Both the position numbers and the translations under genes were made by a program. Source: Opitutaceae bacterium (lineage in GTDB: Bacteria; Verrucomicrobiota; Verrucomicrobiia; Opitutales; Opitutaceae). From it: 64,000 nt of DNA. The stretch lies in NCBI GenBank assembly GCA_050015855.1, contig JBEKAO010000001.1, forward strand, positions 19,391 to 83,390, read 5' to 3'. The notes under the pieces are model-generated. The model was given only the letters and a program-made list of their open reading frames with translations. It did not search any database and was not told where the DNA came from. Position 1 is the stretch's first letter; each line of letters starts with the position of its first letter. Shown piece after piece: positions 18,782 to 29,241 of the stretch.

Positions 18782-21160
18782 TTACGCGGGCTTGCCCGGG
18801 ACGGCCCACTTCCAGTTGCGCACCTCCGGCATGTCCTCGCCGTTCCTTTCGATGTATTGCTTGTGCTCCACCAGCTTGTCCCTGAGCTGCTGCTTCAGGT
18901 AGACCCCCTTGCTGCCGGTCTGCGGGAGCCGGTCGATCGTGTCCATCACGAGGTGGAACCGGTCGAGGTCGTTCAGCACGGTCATGTCGAAGGGCGTCGT
19001 GATCGTGCCCTCCTCCTTGTAGCCGCGGACGTGGATGTTGTCGTGGTTGGTGCGGCGGTAGGTCAACCGGTGGATCAGCCACGGGTAGCCGTGAAATGCG
19101 AAGATGACCGGCCTGTCCTTGGTGAAGAGTTCGTCGAAGTCGACCTCGCTCAGCCCGTGCGGGTGCTCGGATTGCGGCTGCAGCTTCATGAGGTCGACGA
19201 CGTTGACCACGCGGATTTTCAGCTCGGGCAGGCGCTCGCGCAGGATCGAGACGGCGGCCAGGGTCTCCAGCGTCGGAACGTCGCCGCAGCAGGCCATGAC
19301 GACGTCCGGCGCGAAGCCCTGGTCGTTGCTGGCCCATTGCCAGATTCCGATTCCCTCGGCGCAGTGCTTGACGGCGGCGTCCATCGCCAGCCACTGCGGC
19401 GACGGGTGCTTGCCTGCGACCACGACGTTGACGTAATGGCGGCTGCGCAGGCAGTGGTCCATCACCGACAGGAGGCAGTTGGCGTCCGGCGGAAGATAAA
19501 CGCGCACGATTTCGGCCTTCTTGTTGACGACGTGGTCGATGAAGCCGGGATCCTGGTGGGTGAAGCCGTTGTGATCCTGGCGCCAGACGTGGGAGGCCAG
19601 CAGGTAATTCAGCGAGGCGATCCTGCGCCGCCACGGCAGGTGCGAGGTGACCTTGAGCCACTTGGCATGCTGGTTGAACATCGAATCGACGATGTGGATG
19701 AACGCCTCGTAGCAGTTGAAGAGTCCGTGCCGGCCGGTGAGGAGATAACCCTCGAGCCAGCCTTCGCATTGGTGCTCGCTGAGCACTTCCATCACCCTGC
19801 CGGAGGGCGCGAGAAACTCGTCATTGGGCGCGGTCGCCCCCTCCCACTGGCGCCTGGTCGCCTCGAAGAGCGCCTCCAGCCCGTTGGAGAGAGTTTCGTC
19901 GGGGCCGAAGACCCGGAAGTTGCGCTGGTCGGCATTCAGTTTCGCCACATCGCGCAGGAAGCGCCCGAGGACGTGCGTATCGCCGATCCCGCGCACTCCC
20001 GGGGTGGGCACGTCCTCCGCATAGTCGCGGAAGTCGGGCATCCGCAGGTCGCGGAGCAGGCTGCCTCCATTGGCATGGGGATTGGCGCCCATGCGCCGCT
20101 CGCCCGCGGGCGCGAGTTCGGCCAGTTCCGGTTTCAGGCGGCCCTGCTCGTCGAAGAGCTCCCCGGGCCGGTAGCTCCGCAGCCAGTCCTCCAGGAGCTT
20201 GAGGTGTTCGGGATGGGCGGCGGGGTCGGAGAGCGGCACCTGGTGCGAGCGGAACGTGCCCTCGACCTGCAGGCCGTCGACGATCTTTGGCCCGGTCCAG
20301 CCCTTGGGTGAATTGAGGACGATCATCGGCCAGCGCGGGCGGGCCGGGTTGCCGCGGACGCGGGCCTCCTCCTGGATTCTCCTTATCTGCTCCACCGCCG
20401 TGTCGAGAGCCGCGGCCATGGCCTCGTGCATCGGGGCGGGCTCGCTGCCCTCGACAAAGATGGGCGTCCACCCGCAGCCGCGTAGAAACTGGTCCAATTC
20501 CTCGCGGCTGATGCGGGCGAGGAGCGTCGGGTTGGAAATCTTGTAGCCGTTCAGGTGCAGGATCGGCAGCACCGCGCCGTCGGTTGCCGGATTGAGAAAC
20601 TTGTTGGAATGCCAAGCCGTGGCCAGCGGCCCGGTCTCCGCCTCGCCGTCGCCGACCACGCAGGCGACGATGAGACCGGGATTGTCGAACGCCGCCCCGA
20701 ACGAATGGCTGAGCGAGTAGCCCAGCTCGCCCCCCTCGTGGATCGAACCCGGGCATTCCGGCGACGCGTGGCTCGGGATCCCTCCCGGAAACGAGAACTG
20801 AAGAAACAGCTTCCGAAGCCCGGCCTCGTCCCGGCTGATGTCGGGATAGATCTCGCTGTACGTTCCCTCGAGGTAGGTGTTGCCCACGACGGCCGGGCCG
20901 CCGTGCCCGGGGCCCGAAACGTAGATCATGTCGAGGTCGTATTCCCTGATGACACGGTTCAGGTGAACGTAGATGAAGTTCTGCCCGGGGGTCGTTCCCC
21001 AGTGCCCAAGCAGCATGCGCTTCACGTCCGAGAGCTTGAGCGGCCGCTTGAGCAGCGGATTGTCGTAAAGATAGATCTGGCCGACGGACAGGTAGTTGGC
21101 GGCCCGCCAATAGGCGTCCATCCTGCGGAGCAGTTCCGGCGTGAGGGTGCGGGTATTCAT
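18782..21160 (-). CDS. xfp: Xylulose-5-phosphate/fructose-6-phosphate phosphoketolase
   Basis: 792 aa. The N-terminus [22 protein letters not shown], then [15 protein letters not shown] and [15 protein letters not shown] are hallmark phosphoketolase (TPP enzyme) boxes. Confidence 0.95.
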   Translation of the reverse strand: MNTRTLTPELLRRMDAYWRAANYLSVGQIYLYDNPLLKRPLKLSDVKRMLLGHWGTTPGQNFIYVHLNRVIREYDLDMIYVSGPGHGGPAVVGNTYLEGTYSEIYPDISRDEAGLRKLFLQFSFPGGIPSHASPECPGSIHEGGELGYSLSHSFGAAFDNPGLIVACVVGDGEAETGPLATAWHSNKFLNPATDGAVLPILHLNGYKISNPTLLARISREELDQFLRGCGWTPIFVEGSEPAPMHEAMAAALDTAVEQIRRIQEEARVRGNPARPRWPMIVLNSPKGWTGPKIVDGLQVEGTFRSHQVPLSDPAAHPEHLKLLEDWLRSYRPGELFDEQGRLKPELAELAPAGERRMGANPHANGGSLLRDLRMPDFRDYAEDVPTPGVRGIGDTHVLGRFLRDVAKLNADQRNFRVFGPDETLSNGLEALFEATRRQWEGATAPNDEFLAPSGRVMEVLSEHQCEGWLEGYLLTGRHGLFNCYEAFIHIVDSMFNQHAKWLKVTSHLPWRRRIASLNYLLASHVWRQDHNGFTHQDPGFIDHVVNKKAEIVRVYLPPDANCLLSVMDHCLRSRHYVNVVVAGKHPSPQWLAMDAAVKHCAEGIGIWQWASNDQGFAPDVVMACCGDVPTLETLAAVSILRERLPELKIRVVNVVDLMKLQPQSEHPHGLSEVDFDELFTKDRPVIFAFHGYPWLIHRLTYRRTNHDNIHVRGYKEEGTITTPFDMTVLNDLDRFHLVMDTIDRLPQTGSKGVYLKQQLRDKLVEHKQYIERNGEDMPEVRNWKWAVPGKPA

Positions 21161-21169
21161 GTTCTGCGG

Positions 21170-22372
21170 TCAAAGCTTAAGGATGCGGGCGACCGATCTC
21201 ACGATCATGAGCTCCTCGTCGGTGCGGATGACCCGCACGTCGACGCGGCCGCCCTCCGCGGAAATCACCGCCGCATTCGCCGCGTTGCGCGCCTCGTCCA
21301 GCTCGATGCCGAGGAATCCCAGGCCGTCGCAAACGCGCGCGCGGACGGCCGGGCAGTTCTCCCCGATCCCGGCGGAGAACACCAGGGTGTCCACTCCGCC
21401 GAGGGCGGCCGCGTAGGCGCCCACGCGCTTTTTCACCTCGTAGCAGAAAAGCGCCACCGCTTCCGCCGCCCGCACGTCGCCCTTTTCCCGGGCGAGCAGG
21501 TCCCGCATGTCGGGGCTCGTCTCCGACACCCCCAGCAGGCCCGACTCGTGGTTGACCATCTCGTAAAACTGCTTCGATGAGATCTGCTCGGTTCGCGCCA
21601 GGTACGGCGCGAGGCCGGGGTCCAGGTCGCCGGAGCGCGTGCTCATGGGCAGTCCCGCGGTCGGCGTGAAGCCCATGCTCGTGTCGATGCTCTTCCCCTC
21701 CAGCACCGCCGCTAGGCTGGCCCCGTTGCCCAGATGCGCGAGGATCACGCGTCCGCGCGCCCTTTTCTCGCCGGCCACCCGCGCGAGCTCCTCCATCAGG
21801 TAGGCGTAGGACAGGCCGTGAAAGCCGTACCGCCGGACCCCCTTTGCGTCCAGGCGGCGCGGAATCGGAAGGAGCTTCGCCACGCGCGGCATTGTGCTGT
21901 GAAAGGCCGTGTCGAAGCAGGCCACCTGGGGCAGGCTTGGATGGCGCTGGCGGAACGCCTCGATCAGTTCGATCTCGCGGGGCAGATGATCCGGGTCGTA
22001 CGGCCTGATGCGGTGAAGCTCATCCAGCAGGTCCTGGGTGACGATCTCGGGCTGGATGTGGTGCATGCCATGGACAACCCGGTGCCCCACGGCCCTGACT
22101 GAGGCGAACCGCTCCTGCTTCCCGAGCCAATCGATCAGGATATTCGCGGCGGACCGGTGGTCGGAGGCAGCGATCCTGCGGGTTTCCCGCCCGTTTCCCT
22201 CCGGGTCGTCAAATGCCAGGTGGGTGCCGCCGAGTCCGATGCGGTCGATGGCGCCCGAGATTCCCCGCTTCTGCTGTCCGCCGGTTGTGTAGAGCGCGAA
22301 CTTGATGCTCGATGAGCCGCCGTTTATCGCCAGCACCCGGGGCAATTCGGATTTTATCGCATCAGCTCCCAT
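21170..22372 (-). CDS. ackA: Acetate kinase
   Basis: 400 aa. Boxes VLAINGGSSSIKFALY, GHRVVHG, AFHGLSY, ILAHLGNGASL and VFSAGIGEN are present. It starts 10 nt upstream of xfp on the same strand. Confidence 0.95.
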   Translation of the reverse strand: MGADAIKSELPRVLAINGGSSSIKFALYTTGGQQKRGISGAIDRIGLGGTHLAFDDPEGNGRETRRIAASDHRSAANILIDWLGKQERFASVRAVGHRVVHGMHHIQPEIVTQDLLDELHRIRPYDPDHLPREIELIEAFRQRHPSLPQVACFDTAFHSTMPRVAKLLPIPRRLDAKGVRRYGFHGLSYAYLMEELARVAGEKRARGRVILAHLGNGASLAAVLEGKSIDTSMGFTPTAGLPMSTRSGDLDPGLAPYLARTEQISSKQFYEMVNHESGLLGVSETSPDMRDLLAREKGDVRAAEAVALFCYEVKKRVGAYAAALGGVDTLVFSAGIGENCPAVRARVCDGLGFLGIELDEARNAANAAVISAEGGRVDVRVIRTDEELMIVRSVARILKL

Positions 22373-22465
22373 GACAAGACCGCCCGTCTGTTCCCAGGAC
22401 GGGGCATCGACCTTCGCACACCTGCCCGCCGCCGTCCAATGGAATCGGAAAGTCGCGCGAATTCG

Positions 22466-22705
22466 TCACACCCCCGGCTGCGCCTGCGCGACCGGCACCT
22501 TTTTTCTGCGCAGGAAGCGGTCGAGCGCCGTCAGATCGTCGGCCTCTGTCGCGCCGAGTTCATAGCTCGGCTTTTCCGCCCGCTTCATGAACGCGTTCAG
22601 CCAGTCCAGCAGGGTGTCGCGGCGCGGAAGCCACACGTCCGGTGCGGCAAGAATTTCATCCCGCATCGCCTGGGCGCGGGAAATGTTTTCATTTTGTGGA
22701 TTCAT
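22466..22705 (-). CDS. Hypothetical small protein (79 aa)
   Basis: This is the C-terminal part of track ORF 22466-23080. ATG 22705 is preceded by GAGGAAAA. The composition is protein-like (MNPQNENISRAQAMRDEILAAPDVWLPRRDTLLDWLNAFMKRAEK...). I recognise no family. Confidence 0.4.
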   Translation of the reverse strand: MNPQNENISRAQAMRDEILAAPDVWLPRRDTLLDWLNAFMKRAEKPSYELGATEADDLTALDRFLRRKKVPVAQAQPGV

Positions 22706-23021
22706 GATTTTCCTCGGTTTGTCCCGACGCGTGCGCGCCCTTTTGCGCGCCGGCGCTGACATCTGCGGCTGAACCGGTGGCGTTGCTGGTCGGAAGCTCC
22801 GACGCGGCACACGGTGTTGAGCGCGCGATAACCCGCCGATTCTCTCCGAACCAGCCCCAAAGTCGACTGCCATCACGCGCGGCCGGCCCGTTGCCGCCAA
22901 GTGGATGCTGGGCTTGCTGTTCGGTCGAAAAGGGGCGTGCCGCGGCCGTCGCGCCCCGGGAAATGGTTCGACGCTGCCCGCTGTCCGATGCATGATCAGG
23001 CAGCGCCAACAAAGGAAAAAC

Positions 23022-23120
23022 ATGTCCAAATCACACGATACGCGAAAACAGACAAAAAAGGCCCCGCAAAAAACGCTCATGGAAAAGAGGGCCGAAAAGC
23101 GGGCGAAGAAGAAGAGTTAA
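23022..23120 (+). CDS. Hypothetical 32-aa lysine-rich small protein
   Basis: MSKSHDTRKQTKKAPQKTLMEKRAEKRAKKKS, with ATG 23022 preceded by AAAGGAAAAAC. It resembles small basic K-rich ORFs annotated in many bacteria. It may not be expressed. Confidence 0.4.
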   Translation: MSKSHDTRKQTKKAPQKTLMEKRAEKRAKKKS

Positions 23121-23258
23121 TCCATTGGCCTGCGCGCACGATCCGCCGGTGCGGCGAATGCCGCCGCAGCCGGCTGGATCCCGCGTTTCCGCCGGCCCGC
23201 CAGGGCTCCGAAACGCGATACTCCTTGCGTTTCGCAACCCGCCGGCGGACACTGGTGG

Positions 23259-23384
23259 CTCGTAGATAGCGTTAGATGACAGTGGTTGGTGAGTCTTCAG
23301 GTGAGCTTAAGGTTCAGGTGATGATTCGAAACCCGATTACCGGGAACACTCTGGCAGCGGACGAAGGATACGAAATCATCACTA
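23259..23384 (+). promoter_or_regulatory. Conserved 5' leader of RRM-protein gene 1 (candidate cis-regulatory RNA), paralogous to 40398-40527
   Basis: Roughly 70% identical by hand alignment to the region upstream of the second RRM gene. Shared blocks are CTCGT.AGA.ATAGCGTT, GATGACAG, GGTGAGTC, GTGATGATT(T)CGAAACCC, GGGAAC, CTGGCAGCGGACG and TACGAAATCA. 23318-23328 can pair with 23371-23382, just before ATG 23385. Confidence 0.55.
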
Positions 23385-23699
23385 ATGAATACGAAACTGT
23401 ATGTCGGGAACCTGTCATTCAACACGAACGAAGATGCGTTGCGGACGGCCTTTGGCCAGTTCGGCGCGATCACCGATGTCTACATCGCCAATGACCGCGA
23501 GACGGGCCGCCCGCGCGGCTTTGCCTTCGTGACCTTCGGAACTGCCGAAGAGAGCCAGAAGGCCATGGAAAAAATGAACGGGTCCGACCTCGACGGGCGC
23601 GCGCTGACCGTGAACGAAGCCAAGCCGAAGGAGGCCTCGGGCGGCGGCGGCTTCAGCAGCCCCAATCGGCGGGCCGGCGCGTTCAACAGCCGCTATTGA
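23385..23699 (+). CDS. RNA-binding protein, single RRM (RNP-1/RNP-2) domain
   Basis: 104 aa. RNP-2 is KLYVGNLSF and RNP-1 is RGFAFVTF. There is a short G-rich tail. Confidence 0.95.
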   Translation: MNTKLYVGNLSFNTNEDALRTAFGQFGAITDVYIANDRETGRPRGFAFVTFGTAEESQKAMEKMNGSDLDGRALTVNEAKPKEASGGGGFSSPNRRAGAFNSRY

Positions 23700-23778
23700 T
23701 CGTTGCGACCTTCCGATTCGGAAGGTCGAAAGCAACCGCGTCGTCAGCCCACCGGGCGAAGACGGGTGTCAGTCTCAG

Positions 23779-23807
23779 GCGAGGCGCCAAAAGCGCCTCG
23801 CTTTTTT
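23779..23807 (+). terminator. Rho-independent terminator downstream of RRM gene 1
   Basis: GCGAGGCGC-CAAAA-GCGCCTCGC followed by TTTTTT. A second 9-bp hairpin (CGACCTTCC/GGAAGGTCG) lies at 23706-23728. Confidence 0.75.
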
Positions 23808-23856
23808 GCTTATGCCTTGCGTGCCCGGCCGGAAGGTGGAAGAAGAGGCACCCCCG

Positions 23857-24213
23857 ATGAAACATCTTATCCCCGCGTTGATCCTCGCCCTTGGAACAGC
23901 CGTCTCGGCCCTTGCCGCGACGCAGCCGCCTTCGCTGATCAAGGGTGTCATACCCGTGTATCCGAAGGAATTGAAGGACCAGAAAATCAGCGGGACCGTC
24001 ACGCTGAGCGTCCTTATCGATGACCAGGGGGTCGTGCAGGATGCAACGGTCGTGAAGACCACAAACGACGCATTTTCCAAGCCGGCGATCGATGCCGTCA
24101 GGAAGTGGAAGTTCAATCCGGCCCAGCAGGATGGAAAACCGGTCGCCCTGCGCGTTTCGATTCCGATCAAGTTCACGGCCCCCGCGGAGGGCGACGCCAA
24201 GCCGCCGGCCTGA
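23857..24213 (+). CDS. Secreted TonB C-terminal domain protein
   Basis: Track ORF 23806-24213 trimmed to ATG 23857 (MKHLIPALILALGTAVSALA, signal peptide). TonB_C pattern: P.YP...K...ISGTV.L...ID..G.V.DA.VVK....AF...A.DAV.KWKF.PA...GKPV. Confidence 0.8.
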   Translation: MKHLIPALILALGTAVSALAATQPPSLIKGVIPVYPKELKDQKISGTVTLSVLIDDQGVVQDATVVKTTNDAFSKPAIDAVRKWKFNPAQQDGKPVALRVSIPIKFTAPAEGDAKPPA

Positions 24214-24279
24214 GACTGCGGTTGTGCCGCGGCGGCCGGCATGTTGACCGTTCGCCGCCGATGCGGATAGTGGGGAAGA

Positions 24280-25155
24280 ATGGACGCGCCTGCTTCGAAT
24301 CCGGATCCGGTGCCTCCGGGAGATTCCCCTGCAGGGGCGGGCGGAGGGCAGGGGGCTCCCGAGATTCTTGCAGTGGCGGGGACCTACGCAACGCAGGCGG
24401 AGGGATTCGAGCGAGGGCTGGTCGTCCTTTCCATGGGGCTCGCCTACTGGCTTGTCCCGGCCGCCGAAGGCTACAGCCTGCTTGTCGAGTCCCGGTTCGC
24501 CGAGCCGGTGCGGGGGGAGATTTCGTGTTTCGAGCGCGAGCGCGTCGACTGGCCTCCGAGGCCGGTTGTGCCGCAAGGCTCGAAATGGGGCCGCGCGATG
24601 GCGACCCCGCTGTTGTGGGCGATTGCCGTGCTGGCGGTTTTCGACGCGCAGAGCGCATCGCCGGGCCGCTGGGAGGCCAGGGGGGCCCTCGATGCCCGGG
24701 CTGTCTACCATGACGGCGAATGGTGGAGGGCGGCCACGGCGCTTTTCCTTCATTGGGACCTGGAGCACCTGATCTCGAACCTCATCCCGGGCATCTTTGT
24801 CTTCACCTCCGTCATCTCCGCGATCGGCGTCGCGCGCGGCTGGCTGCTCCTCCTCCTGGCCTCGGTTGTTGGAAATCTCGCCGTCGCGGCCGTCCATTAT
24901 CCGGGCCCGTACCGTTCGCTCGGCGCCTCGACTGCGATCTTTGCCGGGCTTGGGCTCCTCTCGGGCCGGGCGATGCGCGGAATCATCCGCTCCGCCAGTC
25001 TCCGGGATTGGCGCCCGGTTCTCGTCCCGCTGGCCTCCGGGGTCGCGCTGCTCGGCTGGTTCGGGGCTGGAGGGGGGAATACGGACGTCGCCGCGCATGC
25101 CGCGGGCTTTGCGGCGGGATTGATCCTCGGGTTTCTGGTGATCGGAGCCCGATGA
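24280..25155 (+). CDS. Rhomboid family intramembrane serine protease with an N-terminal extension
   Basis: 291 aa. WWRAATALFLHWDLEHL (WR/H region), GASTAIFAGLG (catalytic Ser motif) and AAHAAGFAAG (catalytic His) are present. Confidence 0.8.
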   Translation: MDAPASNPDPVPPGDSPAGAGGGQGAPEILAVAGTYATQAEGFERGLVVLSMGLAYWLVPAAEGYSLLVESRFAEPVRGEISCFERERVDWPPRPVVPQGSKWGRAMATPLLWAIAVLAVFDAQSASPGRWEARGALDARAVYHDGEWWRAATALFLHWDLEHLISNLIPGIFVFTSVISAIGVARGWLLLLLASVVGNLAVAAVHYPGPYRSLGASTAIFAGLGLLSGRAMRGIIRSASLRDWRPVLVPLASGVALLGWFGAGGGNTDVAAHAAGFAAGLILGFLVIGAR

Positions 25156-25182
25156 CCGGGAGGGACTCCGGCGGCCGCCCCG

Positions 25183-25881
25183 TTACGAACCCGGCTTCTG
25201 GCCGTAGGTCGATCCCGGGCCGTGCTTTCTGTGGAAATGCCGGTCCAATAGCTCGGGCTCGATTTCCTTTGCGTCGGGAGCGAGCTGGAGGGTCAGAATG
25301 GCGATCCGCGCGCACAGTTCGACGACGAGCGCCGACTCCACCGCATCTGCGGCGGTCGCGCCCCAGGCGAATGGCGCGTGGCGATTCACGAGGACGCCGG
25401 GCCGCTCCATCGGATTCAGCGCCTTGAAGCGCTCGACGATGACCCCGCCGGTGTTCCATTCGTAGTCTTTCCCGATCTCCCGGGCCGTCAGCTTGCGGGT
25501 GACCGGGATTTCGCCAAAGAACGTGTCCGCGTGGGTCGTTCCCAGGGCCGGAATCGGCTTGCCCGCCTGCGCAAAAGCGGTCGCGTGCAGGGAATGCGTG
25601 TGGACGATCCCGCCAATTTTCGGGAAATCGATGTAGAGCCTCCGGTGTGTCGGCGTGTCCGAGGAGGGGTTGAGCGCGCCCTCGACGCATTTTCCATCGA
25701 GATCGACGAGCACCATGTCCCTCGCCCGCAGGGCCTCGTAGGGAACCCCGCTCGGCTTGATTGCAAAAATCCCGCGGTCGCGGTCGAGGGCGCTGGCGTT
25801 GCCGAAGGTCAGGTGGATCAAGCCCTGCCGCAAGAGCTGGAGGTTGGCCGCAAGGGCCTCCTTCTTCAGATTTTCGAGCAT
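25183..25881 (-). CDS. araD: L-ribulose-5-phosphate 4-epimerase
   Basis: Track ORF 25183-26709 trimmed to ATG 25881 (MLENLKKEALAANL...). Class II aldolase/AraD boxes are GNASALDR, IKPSGV, HTHS..ATAFAQ and THADTF. It starts 6 nt after the araA stop. Confidence 0.9.
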   Translation of the reverse strand: MLENLKKEALAANLQLLRQGLIHLTFGNASALDRDRGIFAIKPSGVPYEALRARDMVLVDLDGKCVEGALNPSSDTPTHRRLYIDFPKIGGIVHTHSLHATAFAQAGKPIPALGTTHADTFFGEIPVTRKLTAREIGKDYEWNTGGVIVERFKALNPMERPGVLVNRHAPFAWGATAADAVESALVVELCARIAILTLQLAPDAKEIEPELLDRHFHRKHGPGSTYGQKPGS

Positions 25882-25886
25882 GGGCG

Positions 25887-27404
25887 TCAGCGGCCGATTC
25901 CGGCGGCGAGATGATAATAGGCCTCGTTCCAGCGCAGCTCCTGCTTGAAGGCGGAGAGGCGCGTGTCGCGGCCGATGATGACGATCTCGATCCCCGCCAT
26001 GGCTGAGAAATCCTCCAGGTGCTCGGCCGTGACGGCCTGGCTGTAGCCCGTATGGTGGGCGCCGCCGGCGAGGATCCACGCCGCGCAGGCGGTGGCGAAG
26101 TCGGGCCGGCATTTCCATACCGCGCGCGCGACGGGCAGCCGCGGCAGCCTCGGGGGCGCGACGGCGTCCACTTCGTTCACGATCATGCGGAAACGGTTTC
26201 CGAGATCGATGAGGGAGGCGTTCAGGGCCGGACCGGCCTTTGCGTTGAACACAAGGCGCACGGGGTCTTCCCTGCCGCCGATTCCAAGGGGGTGGATTTC
26301 GATCCGGGGTTTGCCGGATGCAATCGATTCGCATATCTCGAGCATATGCGCCCCGAGGACCAGGGGGCCGCGGGCGCCCAGGTGGTAGGTGTAGTCCTCC
26401 ATGAACGAGGTGCCGCCGGGCAGATCGGCAGCGATGAGCTTCATCGCGCGGAGCAGGGCGCACGTTTTCCAGTCGCCCTCGGCCCCGAAGCCGTAGCCCT
26501 CGCCCATCAGGCGCTGGACGGCGAGCCCGGGGAGCTGCCGAAGTCCGTGCAGGTCCTCGAAGGTCGTCGTGAATCCCGCAAAGCCGCCCTCCGCCAGAAA
26601 CGAGCGGAGGCCGAGTTCGAGCCGGGCGCCGTAGCGGAGCGATGCGTGCCGGGCGCCGCCTTTGCGGAGTTCCTTCGCCACCGCGTACCGCCCTTCGTAC
26701 TCGGCGCATAGCCGCGTGATCGCCGAATCATCGATGGCCGCGTCGGCCACGCGCCTGGCCAGGTCGCCCACGCCGTAGCCGTTGACCGAGAAGCCGAACT
26801 TGGCCTCCGCCGCCACCTTGTCGCCCTCCGTCACCGCCACCGAGCGCATGTTGTCCCCGAAGCGCGCGAACCTGGCCCCCTGCAGTCCGAACCAGCCCCT
26901 GGCGGCCCTCATCCACGCGGCGACCCGGTCCTGGACCCCGGGGTCCTCCCAGTGGCCGACGACAACCTTCCGGCTCAGCCGCAGGCGGGTGTGGAGGAAG
27001 CCCGCCTCGCGGTCGCCGTGCGCCGACTGGTTCAGGTTCATGAAATCCATGTCGATCCTGGCCCACGGCAGGTCGCGGTTGAACTGCGTGTGGAGATGGA
27101 GGAAGGGGCGCCGCAGCGAGGTCAGGCCTCCGATCCACATCTTCGCCGGCGAAAACGTGTGCATCCACAGGATGAGCCCGGCGCAGTTTGGCGCCCCGTC
27201 CGCGTCGCGGCACAGCGCCCGCACTTCCTCGGGCGTCTTCACGACGGGCTTGAAAACGACCTTGAGCGGGATGCGCCGGGAGGCGCACAGGCCCGCGGTG
27301 ATCTTCTTCGAGTGGTCGGCGACCTCCTTGAGCGTCTCCGGTCCGTAAAGATGCTGGCTGCCCGTGACGAACCAGATTTCCAGGGAATTGAATGAATCGA
27401 GCAT
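25887..27404 (-). CDS. araA: L-arabinose isomerase
   Basis: 505 aa. The N-terminus [13 protein letters not shown] and the overall AraA pattern (FMED.TYH., HMLE) support the call. Confidence 0.95.
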   Translation of the reverse strand: MLDSFNSLEIWFVTGSQHLYGPETLKEVADHSKKITAGLCASRRIPLKVVFKPVVKTPEEVRALCRDADGAPNCAGLILWMHTFSPAKMWIGGLTSLRRPFLHLHTQFNRDLPWARIDMDFMNLNQSAHGDREAGFLHTRLRLSRKVVVGHWEDPGVQDRVAAWMRAARGWFGLQGARFARFGDNMRSVAVTEGDKVAAEAKFGFSVNGYGVGDLARRVADAAIDDSAITRLCAEYEGRYAVAKELRKGGARHASLRYGARLELGLRSFLAEGGFAGFTTTFEDLHGLRQLPGLAVQRLMGEGYGFGAEGDWKTCALLRAMKLIAADLPGGTSFMEDYTYHLGARGPLVLGAHMLEICESIASGKPRIEIHPLGIGGREDPVRLVFNAKAGPALNASLIDLGNRFRMIVNEVDAVAPPRLPRLPVARAVWKCRPDFATACAAWILAGGAHHTGYSQAVTAEHLEDFSAMAGIEIVIIGRDTRLSAFKQELRWNEAYYHLAAGIGR

Positions 27405-27418
27405 GAGGGGGTGGGGGA

Positions 27419-29089
27419 TCAGCGGGCCTGCCGCTCCTTGATCGCGAGGAGATCCTTCATGACGCGCGACAGGTCGGCCGAACGATTGAGGCCTCCGAAC
27501 GCGTCATGGACGCTCCGGTACAGCCGGTAAAGCTGGTCGTACACCCTGCGGCCGCCGGCGCCCGGGCGGTACTTCACGCTCTTCAGCGAGGTCATCGCGC
27601 GCTGGGCCGCGGGAAAATCGGGATGGGCTCCGGCGAGGACCGCGGCCGAGACGGCGGCGCCCAGGGCGCAGGCCTGGCTGGAGCCGGCCACCCTCATTTC
27701 GCATCCGAGCACGTCGGCGTAAATCTGCATCAGCAGCGGATTCTTCTCGGCTATGCCGCCCGCGCACACGACGCGGTCGACCGGAACGCCGTATTCGCGG
27801 ATGCGCTCCACGATCGCGCGCGCGCCAAAGGCCGTCGCCTCGATGAGCGCGCGGTAGATCTCGGCGCGGGTCGTGTGCAGGGTGGATCCCAGGACGAGCC
27901 CGGTCAGCATCGGATCGACGAGGATCGTCCGGTTTCCGTTGTTCCAATCGAGGGCGAGGAGGCCCGACTGGCCCGGCTTCGATCCGGCCGCCTCGCGGGT
28001 CAGCGCCTCATGGAGCGCGTCCTGTCCGCCGCAGACGACCTCGACCCACCACTTGAAGATGTCGCCGACCGCCGACTGGCCGGCCTCGATTCCGTAGTAG
28101 CCGGGCAGGATGGCCCCCTTGACGATCCCGCAGATGCCGGGGATGTCGGGCACGGACTTGCCGGCCGAAACGACGCCGCAGTCGCAGGTGGAGGTCCCGA
28201 TCACCTTGACAAGGGTCCCCTCGGTGACGCCGCAGCCGATCGCCCCGTAGTGGACGTCGAATTCCCCGATCGCGATCGGGATATTGGCCGGCAGCTTGAG
28301 CCGCCTTGCCCATGCCTGGGAGAGCCTTCCCGCGGGCTCGGTCGCATCGTGCGCCCTCGCGTAAAGCCGGTCGCGCAGGGGGGCGAGCCGGGGATCGAGA
28401 AGGGCGAGGAACTTCTTGTCGGGCAGACCCCCCCATTCGTCGCAATAAAGCGCCTTGTGGCCTGCTGCGCAGACCCCGCGCTTCACCTGCCTGGGATCGG
28501 AGACGCCGGCCAGAAGCGAGGGAATCCAGTCGGCGAGTTCCACCCACGAATAGGCGGCATTGAACACCCTCGGATCCACGGAGAGGCAGTGAAGGATCTT
28601 CGACCAGAACCATTCCGAGGAATAGGTGTTGCCGCACTTTGCTATGTAGCGCGGTCGGTGCCTGGCGGCCGTCTCCGTGATGCGCGCGGCCTCGCGCCAG
28701 GAGGTGTGATCCTTCCACAGCCAGCATTGGGCGGACAGGTTGCCCCTCCACTTCCTTTCGAGGGCGAGCGGCCGGTTGTTGCGGTCGACGGGGATGGGGC
28801 TGGATCCGGTCGAATCGACCCCGAGGCCGATGATCCGGGAGGCGTCGAACCCGGGCTTTCGGCGCGCCTGGGCGAGGGCGGCTTTGATGCTGCGCTCAAG
28901 CCCGTCGACGTAGTCGCCCGGGTGCTGGCGGGCCAGGTGGTGGTCCTTCGGGTCGAGAAGGATTCCCTGCCGGCCGCTCGCGTAGGAGGCGACGGCCGTT
29001 CCCACCTCGGCGCCGTCGCGACAGCGCACGATCAGACAGCGGACGGAGTTGGTGCCGAAATCGAGGCCAAGGCTGTACATAGGATGCAA
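27419..29089 (-). CDS. araB: Ribulokinase (FGGY carbohydrate kinase)
   Basis: 556 aa. The N-terminus [11 protein letters not shown], then [11 protein letters not shown] and [18 protein letters not shown]. It lies upstream of araA-araD on the same strand. Confidence 0.9.
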   Translation of the reverse strand: MHPMYSLGLDFGTNSVRCLIVRCRDGAEVGTAVASYASGRQGILLDPKDHHLARQHPGDYVDGLERSIKAALAQARRKPGFDASRIIGLGVDSTGSSPIPVDRNNRPLALERKWRGNLSAQCWLWKDHTSWREAARITETAARHRPRYIAKCGNTYSSEWFWSKILHCLSVDPRVFNAAYSWVELADWIPSLLAGVSDPRQVKRGVCAAGHKALYCDEWGGLPDKKFLALLDPRLAPLRDRLYARAHDATEPAGRLSQAWARRLKLPANIPIAIGEFDVHYGAIGCGVTEGTLVKVIGTSTCDCGVVSAGKSVPDIPGICGIVKGAILPGYYGIEAGQSAVGDIFKWWVEVVCGGQDALHEALTREAAGSKPGQSGLLALDWNNGNRTILVDPMLTGLVLGSTLHTTRAEIYRALIEATAFGARAIVERIREYGVPVDRVVCAGGIAEKNPLLMQIYADVLGCEMRVAGSSQACALGAAVSAAVLAGAHPDFPAAQRAMTSLKSVKYRPGAGGRRVYDQLYRLYRSVHDAFGGLNRSADLSRVMKDLLAIKERQAR

Positions 29090-29241
29090 GGCGGCGGAAG
29101 GCGTTGCCTCCCGGAATATTGGGGGCGCTGCGCCGCCATGTAAACATTCGTCTGGCGGCGCCGGGCCCGGGGGCGCCGGCCGGCAATTTGCGAATGGCTT
29201 TTTCCCCGGGCCATCCTCTAGGCTCCCGTCCCTTTCTCCCT

